Counted from the first letter of the stretch, positions 1 to 10,242 are shown. The stretch is 32,000 bases of DNA from Nitrosospira multiformis ATCC 25196 (GCF_000196355.1 NC_007614.1:1950001-1982000), one strand, 5' to 3'. Program-made: numbers and translations. The notes: a model not told the origin generated them from the sequence alone.

Positions 1-3000
1 ATGTTGGCGTTCTTCTCGCTGGCGATGATGGCACCCATTATCAGCATAATGATTATAAAGATGTATGGTCCGGAGATAGAGCAAGGGGCCTATGCTGATC
101 TGCAAACCATCGTGGATCTTAAGGCCGAGCAGATCGAACTCTGGCTTGCTGAACGGCATAACGACGCGGAGGCATTGCTGGCGAACCAGGCGCTTATCGA
201 GCAAGTAGTCGATCTCAAACGAAGAAGAAACGCGCATGAACTGGAGCTTATCCGTAATCGCCTGGAGGCAGTGCGGCAAGCCTACAGCTACGAGTCAGTG
301 ATATTGCTTGATGTCGAAAGCCGGCCTCTGCTCGTGTTAGGCGAAAAGCATGAATTGCCACCCATTACCCGCGAATTACTATCTACCGCGTTACGTTCGC
401 GCCAGATACAGAGTACCGATTTCTTTCTGGATGAAAACGGAAAACCTCTGCTGGATATTGCAGTGCCTCTGGTAGCGGAGACAACAAATAAGGAACCTGG
501 TGCCATTGTGCTCTTACGAGCGGATCTGGAGCAATTCCTTCTTCCACTCGTCGAGAAGTGGCCCCGTATCAGTTGCAGCGGAGAGATACTGCTTATCACC
601 CAGAAGAATGAAACCGTCAATTATCTTAATAAATTGCACCGCTTTCAGCGGACACATGGCACACATGGATATCATGCGCTCGCCAGGGACGAACTTGCTA
701 GCGCCATTGCCACCCGGGACGAAAAACAGGGGACGGTACATGGAATCGATTACCGGGGAGAGCAGGTGCTCGCGGCCTATCGACCCCTTACCGGGACCGG
801 TTGGCGTTTGCTTGCAAAAATCGACCAGAATGAAGTGCTGGCGCAGCTATGGACTCTTGTATTCTGGATGAGTGCCGTCATTCTCATTGCGGTTACTGCG
901 GTAAGCGTCGTGCTGCTGCTGTTATGGCGTCAACAGCAACGCGCCCACCAGCTGGCACTGATCATTCACACCGCGGATCAGGATCGCCTTCTCAAGTATT
1001 TCTATGACCTGCCATTCATCGGCATGGCGATTACCTCCCCCGATACCAAACGCTGGTTGCGCTTCAATAATCAGTTTTGCGAGATGATGGGATACTCAAC
1101 TGAGGAGTTGGCAAAAAAAAGCTGGATTGAGATAACTCATCCGGATGATGTCGCTAAAAGTACTGCCGAGCGCGAGCGCATCCTGAAAGGGGAGTCTGAA
1201 GGCTACGCGATGAACAAGCGCTTCATCCGTAAGGATGGCTCGATAATCTTCGCCAATGTGGATGTCAAATGTGTCCGCAGGGATGATGGCACGGTGCATT
1301 ATTTTGTTGCCATGATCCGGGATATTACCGAGCAAGAACGCCGGAAAACCGAGATTCTGGCAGCGCGACGCCAGCTCCAGGCCACGCTCGACGCCATTCC
1401 CGATTTACTGTTCGAGCTTGATGCAGACGGTTGTGTACACGCGTGGCATTCGGTCCGGCGTACCGAGTTTCCGACTGTGTCCGGTGAAAGCCTTGTAGGC
1501 AAAAAGGTCGCGGATTTTCTCCCCACCGGAGCAGTAGATATTATCCTGTCGGCATTGGCGGAGGCACAGGAGAAAGGGCTCTCCTCGGGGAAACAATTGG
1601 AACTTCGCCTTCCCGGCCGGGAAGACAAATGGTGGTTCGAGCTTTCCGTCTCGCGCAAGCATGTCGATTCCGCAGCGGGCCTTCGTTTTATCGTTCTTGC
1701 GCGTGATATTACGGAACGCAAGGCGTCAGAACAAAGAATACTGCATCTGGCGCATTACGATTCGCTCACCGGCCTGCCAAACCGCGCTCTGCTGGCGGAC
1801 CGGATGAGAGTGGCCATCAATCGTGCAGCGCGGCAAGCCAAACGCCTCGCTGTACTGTTCGTGGACCTCGATCGTTTCAAGGCAATCAATGATTCGCTTG
1901 GTCATGACGTTGGCGACCACCTTCTCAAGGTTGTGGCCGAGCGGATGCAAACCTCGATACGCAGCGTAGATACGGTAAGCCGGGTGGGAGGTGACGAATT
2001 TGTTGTGCTGCTGAACGAAATTGAAACCGCGGAGGATGCAGCTCGTGTGGCGCAAAAAATCATAGATGGTCTTTCACAACCGTACCAGATCGAAAAACAT
2101 GAACTGCTGCTGACCGGAAGCATTGGCATTTGCATCTATCCCGATAACGGCAAGGAACCGAATATCCTCCTGCGCAATGCGGATGCGTCCATGTATACAG
2201 CAAAGGAAGCTGGACACAACCGTTACCAGTTCTACTCAGAAGACATGACAGCGCGGGCGATCGAGCGACTCAGTCTGGAACATGATCTCCGGGGGGCGGT
2301 CGAACGCGGTGAAATGTTCCTGGTTTATCAGCCCCAGATCGAGCTTGGGACAAGCCGCGTTATCGGGGTGGAGGTGCTGATGCGCTGGCGTCATCCCGCC
2401 CGTGGATTGATTTCCCCTGTTCGCTTTATTCCCGTTGCCGAGGATACGGGACTGATTCTCTCGATCGGTGAATGGGGTTTGCGCGAATCGTGCAGGCAGG
2501 CGCAGCTATGGTACGAACGTGGACTGCTGAATGCGTGTATCTCGGTCAATGTTTCGGCAGTGCAATTCCGTCAGACTGATTTTGTCGGAATCATTGAAAA
2601 TGCACTTCAGGAGTCCGGTCTGGCGCCCACTAACCTGGAACTGGAACTTACTGAAAGCGCAGTGATGCAAGGGGCGGAACCTGCACTGAACAAGCTGCGC
2701 GAACTGGATGCGCTTGGGGTGAAAGTCGCCATCGACGATTTTGGCACAGGTTACTCAAGTCTCGCCTATTTACGGCAGTTTACGGTTGACCGCCTGAAAA
2801 TCGATCAATCATTCGTACGGGACGTGCCGGGGAACAATGATGCCGAAGCCATTGCAGCGGCAATCGTGGCAATGGGTCTCAACCTGGGCTTCCGTATCAT
2901 TGCCGAAGGCGTAGAAACGGAAGCGCAAGCGGAATTTCTCCAAAGTGTCTTATGCAAGGAAGGCCAGGGTTATCTTTTTGCGTGGCCTATGACTGCTATT

Positions 3001-3054
3001 GAGTTCGAGGCATGGATAGCCGGATGGCAAAACCGCGCAGGAAGCACGTCCTAG
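1..3054 (+). CDS. PAS-domain sensor diguanylate cyclase/phosphodiesterase (GGDEF + EAL), possibly partial at the left edge
   Basis: 1017-aa ORF. N-terminal TM, second TM near residue 290, PAS-like segments (DLPFIGMAITSPDTKRWLRFNNQFCEMMGYS), GGDEF motif in SRVGGDEFVVLL, EAL-type domain with ExLxR-like EVLMRWRHP and DDFGTGYSS. Confidence 0.93.
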   Translation: MLAFFSLAMMAPIISIMIIKMYGPEIEQGAYADLQTIVDLKAEQIELWLAERHNDAEALLANQALIEQVVDLKRRRNAHELELIRNRLEAVRQAYSYESVILLDVESRPLLVLGEKHELPPITRELLSTALRSRQIQSTDFFLDENGKPLLDIAVPLVAETTNKEPGAIVLLRADLEQFLLPLVEKWPRISCSGEILLITQKNETVNYLNKLHRFQRTHGTHGYHALARDELASAIATRDEKQGTVHGIDYRGEQVLAAYRPLTGTGWRLLAKIDQNEVLAQLWTLVFWMSAVILIAVTAVSVVLLLLWRQQQRAHQLALIIHTADQDRLLKYFYDLPFIGMAITSPDTKRWLRFNNQFCEMMGYSTEELAKKSWIEITHPDDVAKSTAERERILKGESEGYAMNKRFIRKDGSIIFANVDVKCVRRDDGTVHYFVAMIRDITEQERRKTEILAARRQLQATLDAIPDLLFELDADGCVHAWHSVRRTEFPTVSGESLVGKKVADFLPTGAVDIILSALAEAQEKGLSSGKQLELRLPGREDKWWFELSVSRKHVDSAAGLRFIVLARDITERKASEQRILHLAHYDSLTGLPNRALLADRMRVAINRAARQAKRLAVLFVDLDRFKAINDSLGHDVGDHLLKVVAERMQTSIRSVDTVSRVGGDEFVVLLNEIETAEDAARVAQKIIDGLSQPYQIEKHELLLTGSIGICIYPDNGKEPNILLRNADASMYTAKEAGHNRYQFYSEDMTARAIERLSLEHDLRGAVERGEMFLVYQPQIELGTSRVIGVEVLMRWRHPARGLISPVRFIPVAEDTGLILSIGEWGLRESCRQAQLWYERGLLNACISVNVSAVQFRQTDFVGIIENALQESGLAPTNLELELTESAVMQGAEPALNKLRELDALGVKVAIDDFGTGYSSLAYLRQFTVDRLKIDQSFVRDVPGNNDAEAIAAAIVAMGLNLGFRIIAEGVETEAQAEFLQSVLCKEGQGYLFAWPMTAIEFEAWIAGWQNRAGSTS

Positions 3055-3101
3055 CCGGGATATCCGAAAACGGCACCCAAAAGCGCGGTGGGTTTTGACT
3101 T

Positions 3102-3305
3102 TCAGTTCCTCTGATTGCTGCTTTTCTCCTTCGTGACCGGATTTTGTACCGTATACCCTTCCTCTTTCATTTTATAACCACCGTAGGCCCCCGCGCCGCC
3201 CGCCGCGAGTAGCAGGCAGCCCGACAGGGCCGGCGCCGCCAATAAGAATATCGCCAGATAGAACAGTTTCCGAACTCTCTTCACGCTATCTCCTGTGGTA
3301 GTCAT
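3102..3305 (-). CDS. small lipoprotein, glycine-rich
   Basis: 67-aa ORF with signal peptide and lipobox LSGC, followed by LLLAAGGAGAYGGYKMKEEG. Confidence 0.65.
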   Translation of the reverse strand: MTTTGDSVKRVRKLFYLAIFLLAAPALSGCLLLAAGGAGAYGGYKMKEEGYTVQNPVTKEKSSNQRN

Positions 3306-3574
3306 CGAAATCAGGGAAAGAAAAATAATATCTCGTGGTAATCACGAAGTCTGTACGATCGCAGACATTTGTCACCATGCGAACATAGTATACTGAAATT
3401 GCAAAGTCTCAGGGGTGGCCCGGGCGCTGCACCAGTTACAGAAGCGTGAGAGCTTCGGGTCGAGCCGACGATTAGCAGACCCCAGCACTCTTCGATGGAA
3501 ATAGGCTGGAGGCAAGCTTCTGGAAGCCGCACAAGGGATTACACAAGAAGAACTGATTGTACCTGGAGCCGAAA

Positions 3575-4447
3575 ATGAAATGGGAAGGTTATCGCCAAAG
3601 TAGTAACGTCGAGGATCGCCGAGGTTCGGGCAGCGCATTTGGACTGGGTGGCGGCAGAATCAGCGCCGGCGCGATTGTCATAGCGTTGATCGGTGGGTTG
3701 TTGTTCGGCATCGATCCTCTCACCATGCTCAGCGTGATCACCGGCGGAGGCAGCGGAGGCAACATGGTTCAGGAACAAGGTTCTGCACCCGCTGCGCCCC
3801 CGGGGGACATGCAGGCAGCCTTCGTTTCGACAGTCCTCGCCGATACCGAGGATGTATGGACGGGCCTGATGAGGCAGGAAAACAAAACTTATGAGCCGCC
3901 CAAGCTTGTGCTGTTTCGAGGTGCTGCTCTAACGGCGTGCGGGCAGGGAAGCGCGGCAATGGGTCCCTTCTACTGTCCGGAGGACCAGCGCATCTATATC
4001 GATCTGGACTTCTTCAATACGATGGCAAACCAGCTTGGAGCAGGAGGCGACTTCGCGCAGGCATACGTCATTTCGCACGAAGTCGGGCATCATGTACAGA
4101 ATCTCCTTGGCATCTCCGGTCAGGTGAATGCCGCGCGCGCTCGGTTGCCGCGCTCACAGGCGAATTCCTTGTCGGTACGTGTCGAATTGCAGGCGGACTG
4201 TCTGGCTGGGGTCTGGGCCTACCATTCGCAGCGTTCCAAGGGATGGCTGGAGCAAGGCGATATCGAAGAAGCAATGAACGCGGCAACGCAGATCGGCGAT
4301 GATACATTGCAGCGCAGGACACGCGGCACGATCGTGCCGGAAAGCTTCACGCATGGCACGAGCGCCCAGCGTACCGGCTGGTTTAAGCGGGGATTGCAAG
4401 CGGGAAACATGACGGATTGCAATACTCTTAGATCGGAAAAGCTGTAA
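3575..4447 (+). CDS. neutral zinc metallopeptidase, YpfJ/KPN_02809-like family
   Basis: Starts at the internal Met (MKWEGYRQSSNVEDRRG). TM helix, YVISHEVGHHVQNLLG (HExxH-type), RLELQADCLAGVWA, GSFTHGTSAQRxxWFKRG-like C-terminus. All typical of the family. Confidence 0.92.
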   Translation: MKWEGYRQSSNVEDRRGSGSAFGLGGGRISAGAIVIALIGGLLFGIDPLTMLSVITGGGSGGNMVQEQGSAPAAPPGDMQAAFVSTVLADTEDVWTGLMRQENKTYEPPKLVLFRGAALTACGQGSAAMGPFYCPEDQRIYIDLDFFNTMANQLGAGGDFAQAYVISHEVGHHVQNLLGISGQVNAARARLPRSQANSLSVRVELQADCLAGVWAYHSQRSKGWLEQGDIEEAMNAATQIGDDTLQRRTRGTIVPESFTHGTSAQRTGWFKRGLQAGNMTDCNTLRSEKL

Positions 4448-4478
4448 CCTTGCCTCAAGATTCACAGGGAGAACAATC

Positions 4479-4793
4479 ATGAGAGTTTCCGAGCTTAAGG
4501 GCGAACTGCTCGACTACTGGGTGGCAAAAGCCAACGATGTGGAAGAAGTGCATGTTATCGATTCCCACTGCGTAGTCAACCATCAACGCTGGGAACCCTC
4601 GGTAGACTGGTCTCAAGGAGGACCGATCATCGAAAGAGAAGGAATAAATCTCAGCCACAGCCTCGAACCGGATTCCGAGCATTGCACGGCTTTCATGCGA
4701 TCAGGCAGAAACCGGCAAAAGGGGTTTACTCCCCTGATTGCCGCAATGCGCTGTTATGTGGATTCCAAGTTTGGAGAAGAGGTTACGGACTAG
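4479..4793 (+). CDS. phage NinX-like small protein (DUF2591-type)
   Basis: 104 aa: MRVSELKGELLDYWVAKAN...WSQGGPIIERE...AFMRSGRNRQKGFTPLIAAMRCYVDSKFGEEV. This pattern is familiar from NinX/DUF2591 proteins. Confidence 0.75.
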   Translation: MRVSELKGELLDYWVAKANDVEEVHVIDSHCVVNHQRWEPSVDWSQGGPIIEREGINLSHSLEPDSEHCTAFMRSGRNRQKGFTPLIAAMRCYVDSKFGEEVTD

Positions 4794-4873
4794 GATTGGG
4801 GAAATATAAAAAGGTGGAGGAAAAGAAAGATCTGCCAGGGAACATACGCGAGAGAGAACGGATCAAATAGCCT

Positions 4874-6511
4874 ATGGCCAAGTTCAAGCTGACACACCTG
4901 CTGCGCGAGATTCCCCATGAAACCGCGCGGGAGGATGCTTCTGCCAGAATCATGGCAGCCCAGGCGTTTTCGCGCGCCGCAGGCGCGCCTTTGGTGCATG
5001 GCAACAGCATCCGTCTCCTCAAGGATGCAAGCGAGAATTATCCTGCATGGCTCGACGCGATCCGGTCGGCTGAAAAGAACGTCTATTTTGAAAATTATAT
5101 TATTCGTAATGACATCATTGGCCAGCGATTTGCCGATGCCCTCATTGCGAAAGCAAAAGAAGGCATACGGGTAAGATTACTTTATGACTGGCTTGGAGGA
5201 TTGACTGAAACATCATCCAATTTCTGGCGCCACCTGAGCAATGGAGGTGTGGAAGTTCGATGCTTCAATCCGATGCGCTTTGACAGTCCCCTGGCCTGGT
5301 TGAGCCGGCTGCATCGCAAATCGGTCTGCGTGGATGACCGTGTTGCATTTGTCAGTGGATTATGCGTCGGGCAGATGTGGGATGGATACCCCGAGCGGAA
5401 TATTGCGCCCTGGCGGGATACGGGAGTCGAGCTGCGGGGGCCGGTGGTAGCGGACGTCATAAATTCCTTTGCGCGTGCATGGGCGGAGACGGGACCGGAA
5501 ATACCTGCGGATGAACTGCCTGCTCCCGATTCAATCCCGATTGCGGGTCACATCGATGTGAGAGTACTGGGAAACTTTGCTGCGACTGCGGGCTTATACC
5601 GACTGGAGCAGCTGATCACCGTGCTGGCGCAAAAAACGCTTTGGCTTACCGATGCCTATTTCGTTGGGACTACAAGTTATGTGCAAGCGTTGAGAGGCGC
5701 GGCAATGGACAATGTAGATGTCCGCTTGCTTGTTCCCGGGTCAAGCGGGGATCTCAAGTTTCTCAGGCCGATTTCGCGCGCCGGTTATCGTCCGTTGCTG
5801 GAAGCCGGCGTACGCGTGTTCGAGTGGAATGGCTCGATGCTGCACGCCAAGACAGCCGTTGCCGATGGGCGTTGGGCCCGCGTTGGCTCAAGCAATCTCA
5901 ATATGGCGAGCTGGCTGGGAAATTGGGAACTGGATATTGCGGTGGAAAACCTGGATTTTGCCCAGAAAATGGAGCAAATGTACCTGGAGGATCTGGAAAA
6001 TTCAACCGAAATCGTTCTCAATAAAAAGAACCGGGTTCGCCCCATAGTGGATCAACTTCCCCACCGCCCTCGCCGTCAGTACGGGGTTGTCAGGCGCCGG
6101 TCCGGAAGCGCGAGCAGGCTGACAGCCGGTGCCCTGCGTGTAGGCAATACTGTCGGAGCGGCTATCACCAGTCGACTCGTCCTGGGAGCTGCCGAGGCAA
6201 AAATCATGTTTTTCGGGGGGGTTACGCTGCTTGCTTTGACGGTCATTGCATTGTTGGAGCCCCTGCTCATGGTAATTCCTTTCTCGCTGCTTGCGGGATG
6301 GATCGGGATTTCACTGTTGATACAGGCGCACAGATTGCACAGGAACGGGCAGAATGATGCCGCAGCCCAGAATGCCAGTATTGCGTCCGATGAGGCTCAG
6401 GATAAAGTGATCGAGCTTCCCAACTCCGTGCGCGAAGGCCAGCAGCCCAAAGATATCCGGAAAGAAGCCCAGGAAACACAGGAAATTCAGAAAGCACTCA
6501 GGCAACAATGA
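4874..6511 (+). CDS. phospholipase D-like/cardiolipin synthase family protein
   Basis: 545 aa with two HKD motifs ([16 protein letters not shown] and [20 protein letters not shown]) and two C-terminal TM segments. Confidence 0.9.
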   Translation: MAKFKLTHLLREIPHETAREDASARIMAAQAFSRAAGAPLVHGNSIRLLKDASENYPAWLDAIRSAEKNVYFENYIIRNDIIGQRFADALIAKAKEGIRVRLLYDWLGGLTETSSNFWRHLSNGGVEVRCFNPMRFDSPLAWLSRLHRKSVCVDDRVAFVSGLCVGQMWDGYPERNIAPWRDTGVELRGPVVADVINSFARAWAETGPEIPADELPAPDSIPIAGHIDVRVLGNFAATAGLYRLEQLITVLAQKTLWLTDAYFVGTTSYVQALRGAAMDNVDVRLLVPGSSGDLKFLRPISRAGYRPLLEAGVRVFEWNGSMLHAKTAVADGRWARVGSSNLNMASWLGNWELDIAVENLDFAQKMEQMYLEDLENSTEIVLNKKNRVRPIVDQLPHRPRRQYGVVRRRSGSASRLTAGALRVGNTVGAAITSRLVLGAAEAKIMFFGGVTLLALTVIALLEPLLMVIPFSLLAGWIGISLLIQAHRLHRNGQNDAAAQNASIASDEAQDKVIELPNSVREGQQPKDIRKEAQETQEIQKALRQQ

Positions 6512-6962
6512 GAAGAACTGGTGGCGCGCAGGGGGAATTGAGTTTCTTCTGATCTCAATCGGCTTCAGGTTATTCCCCACCAAATCCTTTTTCTTGACCT
6601 CCAGATTCTCTTCCCGCCCCAAGTCCCTGCGCGGGCCCGGAAATCCTTCATCATCTCTTACTGCTACTTACGCCTGGATACCAACTGGGCGACCTGCAAG
6701 CTTGTCTGGATTCAACGACAGAAAAAATGCTTTAAGCTCATGCATTTGGTCGAACTTGTGGGATAAACGTCTCTGCGGGGGGACGACTATTCCGGTTAAA
6801 ACCGATCAAACCATCCTAATTAAATGATTCAAAACAATTATTATTTCTGGCATACAAATTGCTAATTCCCTTAAAGCCGCGCTATTGCTGGGCTGCCTCC
6901 GGCAGTTTCCATTCTGGCCGGCTTTGAGGTTTATAAAATAATATGAAAATTGGAGAATTGGC

Positions 6963-7775
6963 ATGTTAAAAAAGAAAGAGGTTATACTTACCCTATTGGC
7001 ATTATTTGGACTGGTCGCGGAGTCTTCCGCGGCGGGTGGATCAGGAATTTCTGCGGGATTGGGAGTCGGATCAGGAGTGTCCGCGGGGCTCGCTTCTACG
7101 GAATCAGGAGCTTCTTCCAGCCTGGAAGCTTCTACCAATTCGGCAACCTTCACTGATCTGGGTATTTCTACGCAATCTGGAGCTTCCATTGCATTGGGAA
7201 CTTCTACGGACGTGGGAATCATTGTCGCTGCCACCTCAAGCTTAACGGCACTCGGTGCAAACAGTGGGGTAGATATAGCAGCCTCCACTGCCACACTCGG
7301 AACGAGCAAGGTAACGATCGATGCACCCGCAGTTGAAATTACGGGTAAGGTAGTCCCCACCCAGTCGCTGGAGACCACGAGTATGGTCACTGTAGGTGGG
7401 CCGGCCATTGATGCAACCAGCAGTGTAAGCGTGGGAGTGCCGAAACTCAAACTTGGCGCTGACGTGGATACATCAACTTCCACCGGAATCGCCGCGTTGA
7501 TCGGATCGACTGACGCAACTGCCAATGCCGATATATCTGCTGGACTTGATGTACATACCCTGCAAGCAAATGTAGGCGTTGCAAGTCAAGTAGATGGAGC
7601 TGCCGATTTGGGGGAAACCTTGGGAACCGGAGACATTCTTCCTGTCCATTCAAAACTGGCAGTCACTGCCGATGCAATTCCCGCTGTTCCGGAAGCCGAT
7701 ACTTACGCAATGTTGTTAGCAGGCCTCGGCCTCATGGGTTTCATGGTGAAGCGCAGAAGGGAAGCGCCGAACTAA
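6963..7775 (+). CDS. exported PEP-CTERM-like sorting-domain protein with Ser/Thr/Ala/Gly-rich body
   Basis: Signal peptide MLKKKEVILTLLALFGLVAESSAA. C-terminus PAVPEADTYAMLLAGLGLMGFMVKRRREAPN (PExxxYAMLLAGLGLxGFxxxRRR) is the exosortase recognition tripartite tail. No Cys. Confidence 0.85.
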   Translation: MLKKKEVILTLLALFGLVAESSAAGGSGISAGLGVGSGVSAGLASTESGASSSLEASTNSATFTDLGISTQSGASIALGTSTDVGIIVAATSSLTALGANSGVDIAASTATLGTSKVTIDAPAVEITGKVVPTQSLETTSMVTVGGPAIDATSSVSVGVPKLKLGADVDTSTSTGIAALIGSTDATANADISAGLDVHTLQANVGVASQVDGAADLGETLGTGDILPVHSKLAVTADAIPAVPEADTYAMLLAGLGLMGFMVKRRREAPN

Positions 7776-7791
7776 AAACTGGCCAGTTTTT
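7774..7791. terminator. possible weak terminator: 18-bp perfect palindrome after the PEP-CTERM-like gene
   Basis: aaaaactggccagttttt overlaps the end of the stop codon and is followed by tccc. A GGCC loop with an AAAACT/AGTTTT stem is possible. Confidence 0.3.
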
Positions 7792-8000
7792 CCCAAGCTT
7801 CTACTGGGTTTTTGAGTGGGAAAGCCTGCTTGGAGGAAGAGCGCGTTAAAATCAGCAGGGGCGCTCTTCCCCGCAACGAAATACCATCAAGCTCGCGATC
7901 GGATGAAAGAAGCAAGGTGATACTACACGGAGAACGTACATGCACTGTGCCTGATACAAGTCATGTGACAGAGGCATGAGAAACGTGGCAAGGATATGCC

Positions 8001-8411
8001 TTATTTCTTTTGGTCATGCAGAAATTCCGCCAGAACAACGGCATCGTTGTGCTCCTCGTCTTTGGCCCCATAGAGCAATGTAACAGCTCCCTTCTTTATT
8101 TCCTCCCTCAGTCGCGCCAACTGCTCATCATTCTCCTCGAGCTCGGCCCTATAACGTTTCTTGAACTCGGTCCACTTGTCCGGATCATGTCCGAACCATT
8201 TTCGAAGCCCGGCACTCGGCGCCAGTTCCTTCAACCAAATATCCACACCCGCTTTTGCTTTTGTCATCCCACGCGGCCAAAGCCTGTCAACCAGAATGCG
8301 AGTCCCATCGTTCTTGTGGGACGGTTCGTAAACCCTTTTGAGCTTCAGATTCATTCCTGCCTCGACCTCCCCTTGCGAAACATCAGTTTTCCAACCCGGT
8401 TTCTTCGGCAC
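8001..8411 (-). CDS. DUF488 family protein
   Basis: 136 aa: KRVYEPSHKNDGTRILVDRLWPRGMTK...DIWLKELAPSAGLRKWFGHDPDKWTEFKKRYRAEL...VTLLYGAKDEEHNDAVVL. Confidence 0.92.
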   Translation of the reverse strand: MPKKPGWKTDVSQGEVEAGMNLKLKRVYEPSHKNDGTRILVDRLWPRGMTKAKAGVDIWLKELAPSAGLRKWFGHDPDKWTEFKKRYRAELEENDEQLARLREEIKKGAVTLLYGAKDEEHNDAVVLAEFLHDQKK

Positions 8412-8663
8412 CTCTTCAAAAGCTTATCGCCAGCCTGAATGTCTCGCAGATACCTTCACTCCCACCTGGGAACAGAACGGAGAATAGTGATGACAGAGAA
8501 GCAGTCGGGAAGAGGTGCCAGCGGCGTGTTCCCACGCCCTCATATCGTGACCGGCACAACACTTCTCCGTGTCATTTTGGTAAATTCCACCCTGTATATG
8601 GCGCTTTAGTCAATTATGCGCCAATAAAACGTAGTGTTTCAATTTGATCGATAAGGAGAAAAA

Positions 8664-9155
8664 ATGGTACGAAAAAGATTTATGGTGGGAATGGCAGCAG
8701 CCACATTATTTTCCACAGCTTTTTGCGGAGTGGCAAAAGCAGAGCTCGTCGGTGAAGTGGATACTGCGTTCCGATGGCTGGGAAAGGATGATCGGGTAGT
8801 GATAGAAGCTTATGACGACCCCAAAGTGCGGGGTGTGACCTGTTACGTTTCCCGAGCCCGTACCGGCGGAATCAAAGGAACCGTAGGTTTGGCGGAAGAC
8901 AGGGCGGAAGCGTCGATCGCCTGCCGGCAGGTGAGCGACCCGATCGAGTTCCACGGCAAACTTCCTCGTCAGGAAGATGTGTTTACCGAACGCATGTCAA
9001 TTTTATTCAAGCGCCTTCACGTGGTCCGGGTGGTGGATTCGGCACGTAACGTGCTTATCTATCTGACATACTCTGACAGAATTATAGAAGGCAGTCCGCA
9101 AAACAGCGTTACGGCCGTTCCTGTCGGCCGGAATAATCCCATACCAATGAAATAG
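8664..9155 (+). CDS. CreA family protein
   Basis: Signal peptide, then VGEVDTAFRWLGKDDRVVIEAYDDPKVRGVTCYVSRARTGGIKG and SIACRQVSDP. Confidence 0.92.
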   Translation: MVRKRFMVGMAAATLFSTAFCGVAKAELVGEVDTAFRWLGKDDRVVIEAYDDPKVRGVTCYVSRARTGGIKGTVGLAEDRAEASIACRQVSDPIEFHGKLPRQEDVFTERMSILFKRLHVVRVVDSARNVLIYLTYSDRIIEGSPQNSVTAVPVGRNNPIPMK

Positions 9156-9440
9156 TCGGAAACCCGGCATTTCCAAACGGGGATTGGGCTCAACCGCTTC
9201 GGGTTAAGGGATGAAGGGGGTAAAAAAGAAAATTGATAAACCAGATGAAGCCAAGCTGAATAATAGAGAGTTGCGTACGCTAGCGTACGGACGTAATGGC
9301 AAATACCCAATAAAATTAAGAGAGATTCTTCGTGTAGCGCAGCACTTTTCCCAGCGCTTCCGCCAGAAAAGTCAAAAGAAATGGCAGATCAATCCACAAC
9401 AACCAAACTGCATAATTCTATTTCTAGAGGAGGTAGTTCA

Positions 9441-9878
9441 ATGAATAAAGTTCGCAAAACCCCTTTCGCCCCCCCCGCATGGACAGTTGCGCTGCTGGCT
9501 GTCCTGGCTTTAAGCGGCACCACAGCTAACGCCACAGACATTACCGTGCACCTGACCGGCGATCAGGAAGTGCCCCCGGTCAAGACTTCCGCAATGGGCC
9601 ACGGCACCCTAACTGTAGAGGATGACAAATCCATCAAGGGCAAAGTCATGACCTCCGATATAAAAGGTACGGGTGCGCATGTCCATGAGGCCCAGGTTGG
9701 CAAGAATGGCCCCGATATCATTACGCTCAACAAAACTTCCGATAACGAATGGTCCATACCGGACGGAGCGAAATTGACAGATGCGCAGTATGACGCCTTC
9801 AAGGCAGGTGGACTTTACATCAACGTTCACAGCGACACCCATAAGAACGGGGAAATACGTGGCCAGCTAAAACGCTGA
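9441..9878 (+). CDS. CHRD domain exported protein
   Basis: Real start is likely ATG 9441, preceded by agaggaggtagttca. Signal peptide, then TDITVHLTGDQEVPPVKTSAMGHGTLTV...HVHEAQVGKNG...GLYINVHSDTHKNGEIRGQL. Confidence 0.92.
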   Translation: MNKVRKTPFAPPAWTVALLAVLALSGTTANATDITVHLTGDQEVPPVKTSAMGHGTLTVEDDKSIKGKVMTSDIKGTGAHVHEAQVGKNGPDIITLNKTSDNEWSIPDGAKLTDAQYDAFKAGGLYINVHSDTHKNGEIRGQLKR

Positions 9879-9978
9879 TACAGTATTCCTGTTCCGGAAA
9901 GACCGGACTGGGAGCGGTGCGTTTATCAATGACTGCCGGTATCCCAGTCCCGGTAGCCCAAAAACCGGACTCATCTTC

Positions 9979-10242
9979 ATGCCAAAATACCGTTTGCAGA
10001 AAGAACCGGATGGACCGGGCCGGCGGGACAAACCCGATGGCCCCAAGCCAGCTCCTGCACCCGAGCCGGAGCCTTCCCCTGACCGCCCCATTCAGGACCC
10101 GCCTCGTCCCATCGACCCCGATAAGCCAAGACGAGACCCGGAACCCTTTAATCCCGACAAACCTGTCGATCCTCGCCCCTACGATCCTGATCCCACCCCG
10201 GGCGATCCTATCATCGATCCGGCGGACGAGCCCCTGCTTTGA
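9979..10242 (+). CDS. hypothetical small protein, Pro/Asp/Arg-rich
   Basis: 87-aa ORF: KPDGPKPAPAPEPEPSPDRPIQDPPRPIDPDKPRRDPEPFNPDKPVDPRPYDPDPTPGDP. Low complexity; frame preference only. Confidence 0.45.
   Translation: MPKYRLQKEPDGPGRRDKPDGPKPAPAPEPEPSPDRPIQDPPRPIDPDKPRRDPEPFNPDKPVDPRPYDPDPTPGDPIIDPADEPLL

Noticed and set aside
6311-6622. 103-aa minus-strand ORF overlapping the end of the phospholipase D-like gene
   Set aside because: Mostly antisense to a confident CDS; no domain or convincing ribosome-binding site.
6806-7525. 239-aa minus-strand ORF rich in Val/Pro/Ser/Ala
   Set aside because: Antisense to the repetitive PEP-CTERM-like gene. It simply mirrors its low-complexity composition and has no signal peptide or motif.
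7774-7791. Palindrome aaaaactggccagttttt as a regulatory site
   Set aside because: Position overlapping the stop codon and short length fit a weak terminator or chance better than an operator; retained only as a low-confidence feature.
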